The position numbers were made by a program, and so were the translations under genes. This document shows, in pieces, positions 50,695-63,499 of a DNA stretch of 64,000 bases. Under the pieces are notes generated by a model, which was not told the origin of the DNA, ran no database searches, and was given only the letters and a program-made list of their open reading frames with translations. The stretch is from Heteronotia binoei (lineage: Eukaryota), in NCBI RefSeq assembly GCF_032191835.1, contig NC_083228.1, positions 31,682,001 to 31,746,000 on the forward strand. The letters run 5' to 3'. Within the stretch, counting starts at the first letter, position 1, and each line of letters begins with the position of its first letter.

Positions 50695-53600
50695 CTGAGA
50701 ACATTCGCTGCGGGAAGCTAAGGGCTCAGAAGCACAAGCATGGCATGGGTCAGAGATGGGCAAAACCACTCCTGCCCACTTCAAAGCATGGCTGCACACT
50801 AACCCCCCCACCCCGGAACCTCTTCCTTCCTACCAACAGCACCTTGGGGTGCTCTACAGCATAGAGGGGCTTCCAGCAGCTGCAGCACTCTAGCTTTCCT
50901 CTCTATGCTCACCACAGAGACTAGGAAGGAAATTCTACAGCGTCACCTGACAGATGCAATCTTTTTCTCCTGCTGCTGCCTGATGCTTCCAAAGCAGTGG
51001 AGAGGTGCTCAAAGCAGGAGAATCCTTCACCCCCAACTGGGGATGGCAAGCCTTGTTGGGTATAATACAAAGACCATGCATACTTTGTAACTTATGCAAG
51101 ATCTTTTTTGTATTTAGATACTGAAACCCTAATACAAAACTTAACAGAAGCATATTTAATTCACTGTATAATATTTCATATGCTGTTACAATGAAAATTT
51201 TCCATTTTAATTACTAACTCTTTTTTTCCTTGTTGCTCTTCTTTTTGCAACTTTCCTTCTCTTTTCTTCTTTCAAAGCTTCCTCCTGGGCAGGGGTTAAC
51301 TGGGCTTTGTATTTGGCCATTTGTTCTTTGTAGGTCTGCATTTCAATCTTTGCAGCTGCTTCATAAGGCTAGAAACAAAAATATCCATGATCTTACCATG
51401 ATTCATTTCTTTGGGGGGGGGGACACTGAATTTCTGTTTCAATTAACAAGTTTAAACAATAAGTGGCTTACAAAACATTTTAAATTAAAGCAGCTATGAA
51501 CTTATACAGCAGACTATTAGCACCTGGTTTTTAGTAATGTTAAGAGAAAACAGTAATTTTATCATCAGCCCTGTAATAAAATTTACTTCCATGGTTAAAA
51601 CTAATTGCTGTCTTAAATAAATGGCTGGACTTCTCTTTTTTATTTGATTATTTCAGTAATTTCTAATTTGGTGGGAACTATTTCTTGATCCTGTAGCATT
51701 TACAGTATAGGGTGCTGCAAGGATCCATCTTGGTCCCCCGTTATTTAACATCTAGACAAAACTGCTGGGAGGGATTGTCAGGCAATCTGGAGTTAAGGTG
51801 CCCACAATCATCAGATAATACTACAGTCTATTTCTCCTAAACAGGTGATCTAGGTAGGTCTACAGAAATCCTAACAAGTACTTGAGGAAGTTACCCAAAC
51901 GTATAAAGGTCAATAAACTCAAGGTCAATCCAGGTAAGTCAGAAGTTACCTCTGTCCTGGAGGGGACTGGACTCCTTCTGAAGGAGCAGGTTCATAGGAT
52001 CCTGTCTCCTTCACACACCACCTTTTATCATCTTAAGCTGATACACCAACTATGACCTTCTTCAAAAAGCATGACTCAGCCAGAAATCCATACTCTGATC
52101 ACATCCAGGTTAGAATACCATAATATACTTTAAGTGAGGGCTGCCTTTGGAAATTTCACTTGTTCCAAAATGCAGCAGCAAAGTTATTGTCAGGGGCTGG
52201 ATACAGGGACTGTATCACTCATGTGCTGATATATCTGCACAGGTTGCCCATCTGTTTCCAGGTGCAAACTGTTGGTTCTTATCTTTAAGGCTTAGATGAC
52301 TTGTGGCTAGGGTATTTTTAGAACCTACTCCTCCCATACTATCCAGGCCCATTAGATAAGATCCTCCTCACAAGCCCTGCTCTTTGTCTCCTCACTTGCA
52401 GAGATGAGGAGGGTGGCAACAAGAAATTATTTCTCAATAGTGGCACCTCACCAGAAAATGCGCTTCCCCGTTGAAGCTCATCTGCTGCCTCAACTGCTCT
52501 CTTCCAGGCACCAGGCCAGAACTTAAAAGCTTTCCTTTTACACTGTCTGTGTGGATCTTTTCAAGCTGTTTTTCATTCTTTTTTCTAATCTAAGGACTAT
52601 TTCATGTCATTTTTAATGCTCTGGCAGGGTCCTTAGCAATACTATGTTTATATCATATTTTATTTTGTAAACCACCCCAAGTAGATTCTAAACAATGAAT
52701 AATAATAAAAATGCTCTCTAATTTTTTTATTCTTATTAACAGGCCAAACTCTACACAAAGCACATTTGTCAGAAAGGGGCAAAAGTGTACATGGCAAACA
52801 TTTTTATAAAATGTTTCTTTCTGTTATCTCCAAAATGATGCTTCTAGTAAAATACAGTACAATTTTCATTCATGTGAAAACAGTAACCCAAAAGAAAGTG
52901 ATGCTCACTTGTTTCTCAGATGCTGGTAGCTCCCTCCAAGCATGTGCTATCTTTTTTGTTATTTCCAAAACACTTGTATCTGAAGAAGAAAAGGTTTAGC
53001 TACAAACATGAATGTTCTGCCAAATTTAATGTTAAGTTGTATTTTCCCCAAGGTATTCATAAAGCAAATCACTTCATCATGCATGAAGAAAGACACAGTT
53101 CTGACTGGTTTGCTGAAAGGTATATTACAACTGCTCCAAACAGAACACTGTGGGTTAGAATGTGACTTTAGCAAGACCTTCCTTGTGACTTAATATCTAA
53201 AACAGGCAATTCAAAACCAAAACGCAATGTTTCCAATTAAGTTTTATATTTCTTATCTGTAGTCTTAAAAATATTTGTATCTGCTTCAATTCTAATTCAA
53301 AGAAAGATGTTTCCAGCTGACAGTAGCAAACAAAAAAATATTTTTACAATGTGGATTTATGGTCAAAACTTCTGCAGAGGACTTCCTCTGAAATATTCCC
53401 CACAGATGCAATATTCTGCCCATAACTGAAAAGGCTAAATGAGTTCTACTACATTTGCTCATACTGCTGCCTTTTCTTACCTCTGTAGGTTCCCCCCACT
53501 ACTGATTTTTTTTTCATTTGCACCTCAGGGCAAGGATCTTCCTTTTCATATGTTACTCCGTACAACACCATGCACACTGATGGCATTCCATGGATAACAA

Positions 53601-54422
53601 GATTGCCAATTTTGAGAACATACCCAAACCCCTTAGTTTTCCCCACTGATATCCTAAATACAGAAAGACAGCATATTAGTTTTTGTAGGATATTATCAAG
53701 GCAAATTATCAAGTTTCATTATTTCGTACCTAGCTAATGCATTTAAAGCAGGACAATCAGAATTATTTCCCTTTAGTTTTATGGTGTAGTTGGTGATCCA
53801 AAGACAAAATTTGTATAACCGCTTCATGAAGCATAGCTGAAGCAGAGGCCTGAGAAAATCCAGGCAAAAAGGCATGAAAAAGTCAACAAGTTTTAAACAT
53901 CACTTGACATTCAAAGGGACATTCAATATGTAAAACTATGATTTTACATAAGTCACATATTCTAGAAACTTACTTACTTGGATTCTGTTTCCTACAGATT
54001 GGATGCTGGTCTTTACAAAAGCGTATGTAGGCCGACAGAGGCAGTTTTGGACGGTTATCTGAACTAATATATTTCGAAAACCACTTCTCCACCAAGCAGT
54101 TGTTATTACATCTTAATAAAAGCAAAATTATTTGTATTAGCACAATATCTAACAAACTTTCAAAAAAGGCAATTGATGTTATTATAGAGGGCAAAAATAA
54201 CATTCTCTGGAATACAGTGGGACAAGTAACAATTATAGCTTTACCGTATGGCCGAAGACAACCAATAATTACCCATTTCAGCCATTTTGCACCAGTCTTA
54301 CAGTATTTTGCACCAGAACTCCCCCCCCCCCCCCCCCAGTTCAGCTGACTATTTTAGCACTAGGTCAGAAACAGAGAAGAATCACAATTTTGGTGCAAGA
54401 ATACCTGTATCAGCATCATACT

Positions 54423-54456
<34 letters not shown>

Positions 54457-57400
54457 ATTGGATTTATATCCCGCCCTCCACTCCGAAGAGTCTCAGAGCG
54501 GCTCACAATCTCCTTTACCTTCCTCCCCCACAACAAACACCCTGTGAGGTGGGTGGGGCTGGAGAGGGCTCTCCCAGCAGCTGCCCTTTCAAGGACAACT
54601 TCTGCCAGAGCTGTGGCTGACCCAAGGCCATTCCAGAAGGTGCAAGTGGAGGAGTGGGGAATCAAACCCGGTTCTCCCAGATAAGAGTCCACACACTTAA
54701 CCACTACACCAAACTGGTGTACTTGGACTGCTCTTTGCAACAAAGCTACATATGCTCAAGCTTAGAGTGCAGGGTCTTCAAAAAACAGCTATACACATAT
54801 ACTTAACCCTCCCCCCCCAACATACACACCGTAGGCATGTAGTGAAACGTGGGATAAAGTTTCTCAACATACCAGTCTTTCTCACCCTAACCTCCCTCAA
54901 AAGGTTGCCATGCTGTGAGGATTAAATGAGGAAAGGGGGAACCACATACTCTGCTCTGAGTTGCTTGGAAGAACAGCAGGATTAAAAAAAATTGTATCGA
55001 TAATACACAAAGTATGTTTTTGACCTTTAAAGGTCTAAGTGTCTTGTACTCAGAGAACAAAGAAGGAGTCCAATAGCACCTTTAAGACGAACAAAGTTTT
55101 ATTCAGAATGTAAGCTTTCGTATGCATGCATACGTCTTCAGACAAGGAATGAGGTACAGTGGGCAGAGCTGGTGGGCAGTGGTTTACAATGCAAAATGGT
55201 ACAAAGTTAAAATCCAATGGTAAAATAGTGTAATTAACAAATTGAAAGAACGTTTGGTCCGGATATCATTTGTGTGAGAAATCAATAAAAGCTGTCAGTT
55301 AACTGTCCTATTGTGCTCAGAGAGTACCTTAAAGGAGTGTCTCCACCTGTAGTGTCTGATGCTGGATTTATGCACAATGGAGAGTTCCTTAGGGAAACAG
55401 CCTTAATTGATCTTCAGCTTTCTGGGATCTGATAGAGAGCCTTTTCTGTTGCTACTCCCCAACTGCAGAACCTTCTTCCCCAGGAATCAAGAAGAATCAA
55501 ATAGCTAACTGCCAGACTGGTTTAAAAACCTACCAGCAGGCCTTTGTTTTAGACTGCAGAACTGCTATGGTGAAAAGCAGTTTCTCCCACATATTATGAA
55601 TTGTTCCAGCTACTTCTAATATTAAATTTTCAAATTGTACTCTGAATTGCCTTGAAGTCTTTAAAAAAAGCTACTAAATAAAACAAAAACATTCATCAGC
55701 ATTAGGGCTACTAGATGTCATTTCAAAGACTAGTAGGTCACTCCAGTTCACAATAGGACTATAATACATAGACTAAATCACTTATTTCAGGGAAGTTTTC
55801 ATTTGACAGTTCTACTAAAATGTTCTACAGAGTCATGACAAGTTGTTATGAGTGGGTTGGGTGGATGATGCTTTTAAGAAAGACAAAAGATGTTCAAGAT
55901 AGACTAGGTAAGATAAAGAAAAGTAGGTATTAATTATATGCAAAAATATAATTACTACTAGCATGTTCTATTTTTGGAGAATAGTAGTACAACAATAACA
56001 TGCAAAGCAGTATTTAATGCAGTTAAGTTACTTAAGGTTTCTTTGGGCCAGCCAATAATGGCTGGTAGAGAGGGGATACACAACGCTTTCAACAGAGGTC
56101 TATTATTCAGAAATTCGGAAGTGAACCAGAAACAAAGCGGCTGTAGAGCTATCTGTTTGCCACCCATGAAGCTCACTGTATGACCTGAAGCTGGCCAATC
56201 TCATTCTGTCTATCCTACTTCAAATGTAAGGATAAAACAAAAGGCTAGTGAAGGGATTCACAGACACTTCCATTGAGTGGGGAAAATGAATAGCAACTGC
56301 ATAACGTAACAGTTCCGAAAGGCCTGTAAGACAGAGATGTTCCACCGCAAATGATCAAGGGTAAGTGATGGTTGATCACCAACCCAGTCACGTGGTGCTT
56401 CATCTCCCCTCCCATCACCCCTTTCCTTATAACCATCAGCTCTAATGTATGGATTTTACTGTGTGCCATACTGTGCTGTTAAATGTTATATTTTAATCCT
56501 GTAAAGTTAAATAATTTTTAAATTATTATTATGCTGTTAACCACCCTGAGCCCTGCTACATAGGGAAGGGTGGGTTAGAAATATAAATATAAACAAGCAA
56601 GAGATATTCCAATGGATCTCTATTAAGTGGCAAATAAAAACATAATTTCTATTGTATTTATTCTTGCCCACACAGCACAGAACCTAGCCTCCTACAATAG
56701 AAGTTCTTTACAAAAAGGAAAGTTAAGTGAAAAGAAATACATGGTGGTATTTTAAAGATGTTTCAGTGCTTTACTTATTGATGTCCATGCAGAATTCCTT
56801 ATTTTTTATTCTTCCAAAAGACATTTATTATGCCAGCTTTGTCACCTATTTCTCTATGACACCTTACATATATGAATACCAGAATCTGAAGAACAAAGTG
56901 ATGACAGGAAGTGACAAACTTAGAACTGGAAGAAACATGACCCATGGAAAATAAGAGTATTCCCTTCCTGAGGTTTAACACTGAAGATGAGGCTCAAACC
57001 CTGAAATGGTGGTTAGGGTGGTCACACCATGGAACTTAGCAACTCTAAATCAACATACAGAGAGCCACTTTAAAATGCAAAGGGAATACAAACAATAGAA
57101 TGCTTAAATTTGAAGAGTAGTTGTCATCTACTGGTCCACTTCTTCATATACTATGAATTAAAAACTCTGTAGGCAACCATTTTATATACGCGGTGTGGGG
57201 GAAAATATAGGGAAAGCGTAATACAAATAGGAGATATTCCAGCTGAGTTAATTTGGAAGGGAGAGAAACAGATCTGGACTGTATTCGCCTGTTATTTTTA
57301 ACCTACAACAGGACAGTCTAGGGAGGATCCACTCATATCTGAAGAAGCCCATGAAACCTTATGTTCGATGTATTTATTTCATTTTCCAACCCAAAACAGA

Positions 57401-58363
57401 ACCAAATCGCTCCTTAGTTACAGTGCCTTCGCCAGAAGAAACATAAACTTTCCCCACCATAGAACAAACAACGAAAGGAAATGGAGACCAGTAGAAACCG
57501 GGCGGTGGGGTGTGTGTTTGGCTAGGCAGAAAAAGGGACAGAAAAACAGACATAGGGTTGCTAAGTCCAATTCAAGAAATATCTGGGGACTTTGGGGGTG
57601 GAGCCAAGAGCAAGGTTGTGACAAGCACAATTGAACTCCAAAGGGAGTTCTGTCCATCACATTTAATGGGACTGCACACCTTTTAAAATGCCTTCCTTCC
57701 ACAAGAAATAATCAGGGCTTTTTTTGAGCAGGAATGCACAGGAATGCAGCTCCGGCTGGTTTGGCATCAATATGTGTGATGAGTTCCTTCTGGGCTTTTC
57801 CCACAAAAAAGCCATGTGTGAAACAATGGTGTCACCAGAGTGTGTGGCCTAATATGCAAATAAGTTCCTGCTGGGCTTTTTCTACCAAAAAGCCCTGGAA
57901 ATAATGAAGGACAGGGGCACCTTCTTTGGGGGCTCATAGAACTGGACCCCCGGTCCAATCTTTTTGAAACGTGGGGAGAGGTACTGGATGCTATGCTGAA
58001 AATTTGGTGCCTCTAACTAAAAAAAACAGGTTCTCCCGAACCTCGGATACCCTCAGATCAATTCCCCATTATTTCCTATGGGAATCAGTCTCCATAGGGA
58101 ATAATGCAGTGCCCAGCAGACATTTCCCTCCCCCCCCCCCCTCTTTCTGACGACCCTGAAGCGGGGAGAGGCCTCTAAACCGGAGGCTCCCCTGCCCCCA
58201 CCTGGGGATTGGCAACCCTAAAACAGAAGCAGCTTTAAGGAGGAGGAAAAGATTTAACTCTCCCAACGTGACCTCGCCGGGGCACTTTTTCCTGTTTTTA
58301 CCTGAGAATGTAACGCGGCCCGGACACCGTGGCTAAAACCCGGGCGAGCAGCGCGGCCGCCAT
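45067..58363 (-). CDS. TFAM: Mitochondrial transcription factor A, complement join(58302-58363,53978-54111,52909-52979,51219-51368,48842-48937,46741-46797,45067-45309); 270 aa
   Basis: Arg-rich targeting peptide [24 protein letters not shown] box [13 protein letters not shown]…[11 protein letters not shown]; HMG box [18 protein letters not shown]…[28 protein letters not shown]. Exon 3-6 sizes of 71/150/96/57 nt match my recall of the human gene. Confidence 0.97.
49915..50110. mobile_element. Penelope-like inverted terminal-repeat pair
   Basis: About 50-bp inverted arms at 49962-50014 and 50056-50108; decayed hammerhead at 50027-50064. Confidence 0.78.
50644..50692. repeat. (CT)n(CA)n microsatellite
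   Basis: Directly visible. Confidence 0.95.
51700..52690 (+). mobile_element. Degraded L2 LINE 3' portion
   Basis: GTGCTGCAAGGATCCATCTTGGTCCCCCGTTATTTAACATCT (GVPQGSILxPLLFNIY-like), decayed YADDTQ, LHRLP-like motif and 3' UTR. Confidence 0.75.
54424..54717 (-). mobile_element. Squam3B-like SINE with (ATC)n tail
   Basis: Reverse complement of the 32796 family; (GAT)11 at 54424-54456 is its tail. Confidence 0.82.
55050..55440 (-). mobile_element. Penelope-like element 3' fragment with a hammerhead motif
   Basis: GAGTCCAATAGCACCTTTAAGACGAAC repeat; minus-strand TGT-CTGAAGA-C-GTATGCATGCATAC-GAAA-GCTT-ACA at 55144-55109. Confidence 0.78.
57553..58220. mobile_element. hAT-type MITE (same family) in TFAM intron 1
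   Basis: TAGGGTTGC…GGCAACCCTA termini; flanks share AAACAGA. Confidence 0.88.
57713..57897. mobile_element. Second hAT-type MITE nested inside 57553-58220
   Basis: TIRs CAGGGCTTTTT / AAAAAGCCCTG; perfect 8-bp TSD GAAATAAT at 57705-57712 and 57898-57905. Confidence 0.9.
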
Positions 58364-59045
58364 AGCACCGTCCCGGCGGGGCCTCTCGCAGCAACCCCCG
58401 ATCCTCTCTCCCTCTCTCTCAAGCCCGCTTTTTTTGCGCCTCAGAACAGTCACCTGCGCGCGCCACAAAAGCGGGGAATTGTGGGGCAGCGAAACAATCC
58501 AAACGCGCGGCAGCCTCCGGCCAGGCACACCGTCTCCCAACCGCAGGTAGAGAGACAGAAAGACCCGAAGTACGCACGCGCCCAGACCTCCCGGCCGATT
58601 GGCGCTAAGAACAAGACACCGTTAAATACAGTCACTACTTCCGGTTTCAATTTTTTTTTTACTGCTGCCATGTGCGGGGCAGGAAGCCTAGAACGTAGAT
58701 GAATTTCTCTAGTTTCCCCTTATCTCTATGAACCTGCGGGCTCTCCTGTATTTGGATTTGTTGCCTCAGTTGGACAGCGCACGTGTCATAAAGCCACGCT
58801 GAGAGGGTGACCGATCGAAGAAAGGTTAACGGAAAGCGGTAGGGGACAGTCCTGTAGAAGGCCAAGATTTCCTAGTTAAAAGTGCGCTCCCGTTCCTAAA
58901 GCGGAGAAAAAAAAGACGGTGGGCGGAGACAGCCTTGGGCTTATCATTTGCCCCGCCCACCCTTGTCTTTGTTTGGTAAATGTGACCAGAGTGACGCACG
59001 CGCAGTGGACGAGCTGCAGGGAGGGAAATTCGTCGTACTGTACCA
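58300..59045 (-). promoter_or_regulatory. TFAM CpG-island promoter with GABP/ETS, NRF1-like, CCAAT and GC-box motifs
   Basis: ACTTCCGG at 58637-58644; GCGCGTGCGT-type NRF1-like sites at about 58572-58581 and 58994-59004; ATTGG near 58598; CCCCGCCC near 58950. NRF-1 and GABP control of TFAM is established in mammals. Confidence 0.7.
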
Positions 59046-59052
59046 CGAAAGA

Positions 59053-59075
59053 CACACACACACACACACACTCTC

Positions 59076-59113
<38 letters not shown>
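59053..59113. repeat. (CA)n(CT)n microsatellite at the upstream edge of the TFAM promoter
   Basis: Directly visible. Confidence 0.95.
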
Positions 59114-59115
<2 letters not shown>

Positions 59116-59611
59116 AGCAGATGCCGCTACATTGCAGCTATGTCATAGCTGAACACAGCAAATTAGCATAGAAATTAATAGAGATATGTTGACATATATA
59201 AATACTGGACACCAATAACAAGCTAAGGTTATAGGTCACAATATGGATTTCGTTACAGGAAAAAACAGTGTAGCAATGAAATATCAAAGTAGGAGACTTT
59301 CTAAGAGTGATTGAGACAATGATGTTAGGAACCATTCATCTCCCCTCATGCATGGAGTTAGCTCACAGCATCCTTTCCTTTGAGATGGGGTGCTGTGTTA
59401 TGTCAGAGGAACATACTTCAATAGTCATTGAATACACATTGCATTCTTACTATTCCAAAAAAAGAAATGCACTAAAATACGGAGGATGTTTAAACCCTTT
59501 TTGGTAAGTATACCTATGGAAGGACAAATGAGTTTAGCATAACTATTATGCTACCTGCAGAAATTGTTACCTACAGAAAGGTAGGTAACTGCACTCTATA
59601 CCACAAAAAAT

Positions 59612-59738
59612 AAAACAAGAGCTCTGTAGCACCTTACAAGACTTACATTTTATTCTAGAGTACTTCATTGGTCTTAAAGGTGCTACTTGACTCCTACTTT
59701 GTTCTGCTTCAGACCAACACGGCTGCCCACCTGGATCT
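59612..59738. mobile_element. Penelope-like terminal-repeat remnant without a hammerhead core
   Basis: GTAGCACCTTACAAGAC…GGTCTTAAAGGTGCTACTTGACTC…AGACCAACACGGCTGCCCACCTGGATCT, matching 4120-4152 and 49918-49960. Confidence 0.7.
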
Positions 59739-59752
59739 TTCCTGAGTCAGAC

Positions 59753-61066
59753 GGATTGGGAAAAATTAAACACTAGATCAACATGTATTCTTATGGATTC
59801 TCTATAGTTTCACCAAACTCCTCCAAATACAGGAGTCAAAGGCAGCAGTGGCACAAAAACATGGATCTGAGGCATGGATCCTTATTAATTCAACAGTTCT
59901 ACACTGAAACAACAAAAGCCTTCATGTAGATCATGACTTAATAGTCTATAGTCAACACCACAAAAATCATGCATCCACCATTTTGTGGTGCCACGGTGGA
60001 ACAAAAGCATCATTCAAGAGTGCAGATCCTCTTGGATTTTTGTGTGAGGTCATCCCAACCTCACCATCAGATCACGTATTGTGTATAGCCACATATTATA
60101 CCAGAAAAATGCACCCACTGCTTTGTGGGGCTACCAAGGCACAAAAATTGGTTTCAAAGCACAGATCCTAATGATTCCTCAGGAGTTTTACAGTGAGTTG
60201 CCTCAAACTCACTATCCAATCACACATCATGCTCATGGCCACAGACTGCAACAAAAATCATGCATCCACTGTTTTGGCAGCACCATGGTGCAAAAAGATG
60301 TTTCCAAAGCGCAGATCCTCATGAATTCATATGATTTTTATGTGGATCATTTTTCTGGTGTAACCTGTGGCCAAGGACATATGTCTTTGGTTAGTGAGTC
60401 TGGGCTGACCCAACACAAACATAATGAGGATCCTTGCTTTGAAACTCATTTTTTGCAGTGACAGCTCTTGATGGATACAAAAATTTTGTGGTTCAAGCTA
60501 TGGCAGTGAGTTTGGGGTGACCCAATGCAAAAATCCTGAGGATGCATGAGGACTTGTTTCTAGGAACCATATTTTTGCACTGTGGCAGTGACTTTAATCT
60601 GGGGCTATGTACGATATGTGATTTGACAGTGACTTTGGGATAATTCAATGCATAACCCAAGGATCCGTGCTTTAAGACCACATTTTCTGTTGTAGTGGTG
60701 CCATAAAACAGGGGATCCATGGTTTTTGTGGTGCAAGCTGTGGACATATGCGATTTGATGGTTTCAAGTGGCGCAACGCAAAAATCCTGAAGATCTTTGA
60801 GGATCTGTGTTTCAGAACCATGATTATGTGCTATGACAGTGCCACAAGGCAGTAGATCTGTTTTTTTTCTGTTGCAATCTGGTTGCTATAGGCACAACAT
60901 GTGATTTTATGCTGAGTTTGCAGTGTCATGAAGTGGTGGATGCATGATTTTTTGTGGTGCTGTCTATAGACTAAGACATGATCTGCAATATGATGGTTTT
61001 GTTTCAATATAAAAATCATACGAATCCACGAAGATACTTTTAAAATTATCTAGATCCATCCAATCC
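59753..61066. repeat. Fold-back (long imperfect inverted repeat) built from ~145-bp tandem units; ends approximate
   Basis: 59925-59980 is the reverse complement of 60934-60987. The unit marker ACAAAAATCATGCATCC recurs at about 59960, 60103 and 60251, and in reverse after about 60340. Confidence 0.85.
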
Positions 61067-63499
61067 TCATCAGGTGTATGAAGTCCTGTTAGTCTGTTTC
61101 TTCTTCTGGAAGATACACTGGGCTGGGGGGAGAGATAAGGTCTGGATATGTTTGGTTCCCTACCACAAAGGAAGCCTGTCATTAGAGCTCAGACACACCA
61201 TATCTTTTAGGCAATTTATAGTCCGCCCTATCTCAGTGAAAACACTCCATTCTTACAAACCTGTTAATGCCCATCTTGTGCTTATGTCAGCAGCCTACAC
61301 ATTGCTCCACTGGCAGTTAGGAGTCTGGGTTGCTAAGGCAATCAAAGGACAACACACATCCAAGCACCTACTGCTCACAAATTGAGAGCCATCAGTTCCT
61401 TTGAGTCAGTCAAAAAGGAAGCACTTAAGGAAAGAGGGGGGGAAAAACAAAAACCCAGACACGTTCTGGTTTCGAATCAAATCTTTTTATTTTATTTTCA
61501 TTCAAGCCTCAGCTGACATCTTTAGGCAGAAAAATATCACATCAGAAGTAGCTAGAAAGTACGCCTTATTTAACATTAACTAGAATGACTAAAGATTACA
61601 CTTCTGAAAAGTTCAGTGATAACAGAGATCCTTTGCTTTAGTCATGCCAATCGTGCCATGTGAGGAATATACAGAGTATAATGGGATGGCTCAGTAAGCG
61701 CCCTTTGCTAAGGCATTTGTACAGTATAAAGTGGGATTTGGTGGGTGGGACTGAAGCACAGACAACATTTAGGCCACCATAATGGAAGCACCAGGACTGA
61801 GCAAAATGAGAACGAGATGCATGAGAACGAAAGAACCTTAGATTCAGATTATTCAAATAAGCAAAGAAAGAACATTCACCAGGGAATAGAAAATGTTTAA
61901 GTAGGAATTTCAACACCCTTGGTTACTGACAGCTATAGTTCAAACAAAGCCCAGAGAATGGAGTAATTATGTTTAATGTTGCCGTTCTATTAAGATGATC
62001 TTGAAAGTTCCATATGCAAGTCTCCAAATTACAGTTTTAAATGACAGGTACTGGGGAGGGGGGAAGTATGGCTTCAATGCACTTGCCTTTCACAAAGCCC
62101 TCTAATGAAGGAAGAGTCAGAGGCTTGCTGATCTGCACCTTTTTGCTCAGCCTGAAGACTTTGCATTATGGTAAGTAAATTCCTTTTTGTATGATGCATA
62201 TTTCAAAGCATAGTAACATTTAAACAGTTTCAAACCAGCCTCCATATAATTTTAGCAAAGCAGAAGATTAAATGCTTTTTCACTGAACAGGCATGCAAAA
62301 TCATAACTGCCAAATTTCACAGTCCTTTGTAAGGGATTAAGGACTATAAATGCTTTATTCTGGGATAAACATATTGTGATAATCTAAGTTAGACAGGGAT
62401 TTTAAAAAATGTCTGGGAAATCAGTCAATCAGAATCCTTTGCCAACGGTTAGTGTTAAGTATTTATGACAAAAGTGATGAATTGCCTTGCCTTCTAAGCT
62501 ATGCATCCCTTTTTTTCAAGTATAGCAGAAGTCATCTTTTACTGCACGGAAACACTTATCGGCTATTTTGCAGAGATTGATCTATTTCACAGCAAGCAAT
62601 GACACTTATAGAAGCAATGTAAGAATATTTTTTCAGTGCTTATTTCATAAAGCTTCCATCTTAAAGAGCTGATTGTATACACTGAGGTAAAAAAACCTGA
62701 ACCCTCAATTACCTTTATGTACAAATGCCCGAACAGATTTCATTCCTAGGCCATGAAAGCTTGCCAAGAAGTTTGAACTTTTTTTTTCTTTTAAATTCCA
62801 GTAATAGAAAAATAGCCACTGGGATGCTTCCCTTATTTCTACACATTCCAGTTATATATGTGCTTTTTGTTCCTTGGTATAGCAAAGCACTGTAACTATA
62901 TTCCCCTCTCGAGAAAGGGGTCAAATGGAGTCTGCAGTGGCAAACTTCTCACTCAAGCAAGCTTTAATAATTACTGCAGCCGCAAACTAAAAAGACTCTA
63001 ACAAGGATGTAGTATCCTAAGGCCACAGACGCCCTAATTTTTTTTTAAGCGTTCTTGTTTTTTAAAGAACCTAACTGGCTGTTTTCTCCATACATGCATG
63101 GTGAAGTATATAGATAATGGTTAAAAGCATTCACTTAGAAGTGTGGAAGTTTGCAATCAAAATATGAGATCAAAATATTGTTACACAGTTGAGGGAAAAA
63201 GCTTCAGTGACACTATGACACTAATAAGTTATTGATTTAAGCAAAGTGTGGGGATTTCCCATTTTGTTAGTTGAAGTCGTTTTCTGTATTGGGTACAAGA
63301 TCCAACAACTCAGATCATACACAATACATTGAACAACACACACTGAATAGCACATACAAAATTGCGTAAGCTTCCATAACATGTTCAAGAATTCGCAGTA
63401 ATTTCAAACACATGGGCCTGTTTCTCCCAATAGTAATTCACATATTTAACAATATTTTGATCTTTGCAGAGCAAGCACATGTAAAAAAAATGTGCAAGA

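Noticed and set aside
57336-57363. CTGAAGA…GAAA hammerhead-like motif
   Set aside because: The stem II segment (AGCCCAT) cannot pair and stem III is not palindromic; at best a decayed remnant.
58364-58540. 59-codon in-frame upstream extension of TFAM containing RRKK (possible nuclear isoform)
   Set aside because: The track's start at 58540 is TTG, not ATG. A stop-free frame of this length is expected by chance in a GC-rich island.
60081-60461. 126-aa ORF and neighbours in the fold-back as a possible transposase or repeat protein
   Set aside because: No DDE or other recognisable motif; they arise from the repeat units.
59753-61066. CRISPR-like array reading of the periodic repeat
   Set aside because: Vertebrate DNA; the units are diverged along their whole length with no unique spacers, and no cas genes are present.
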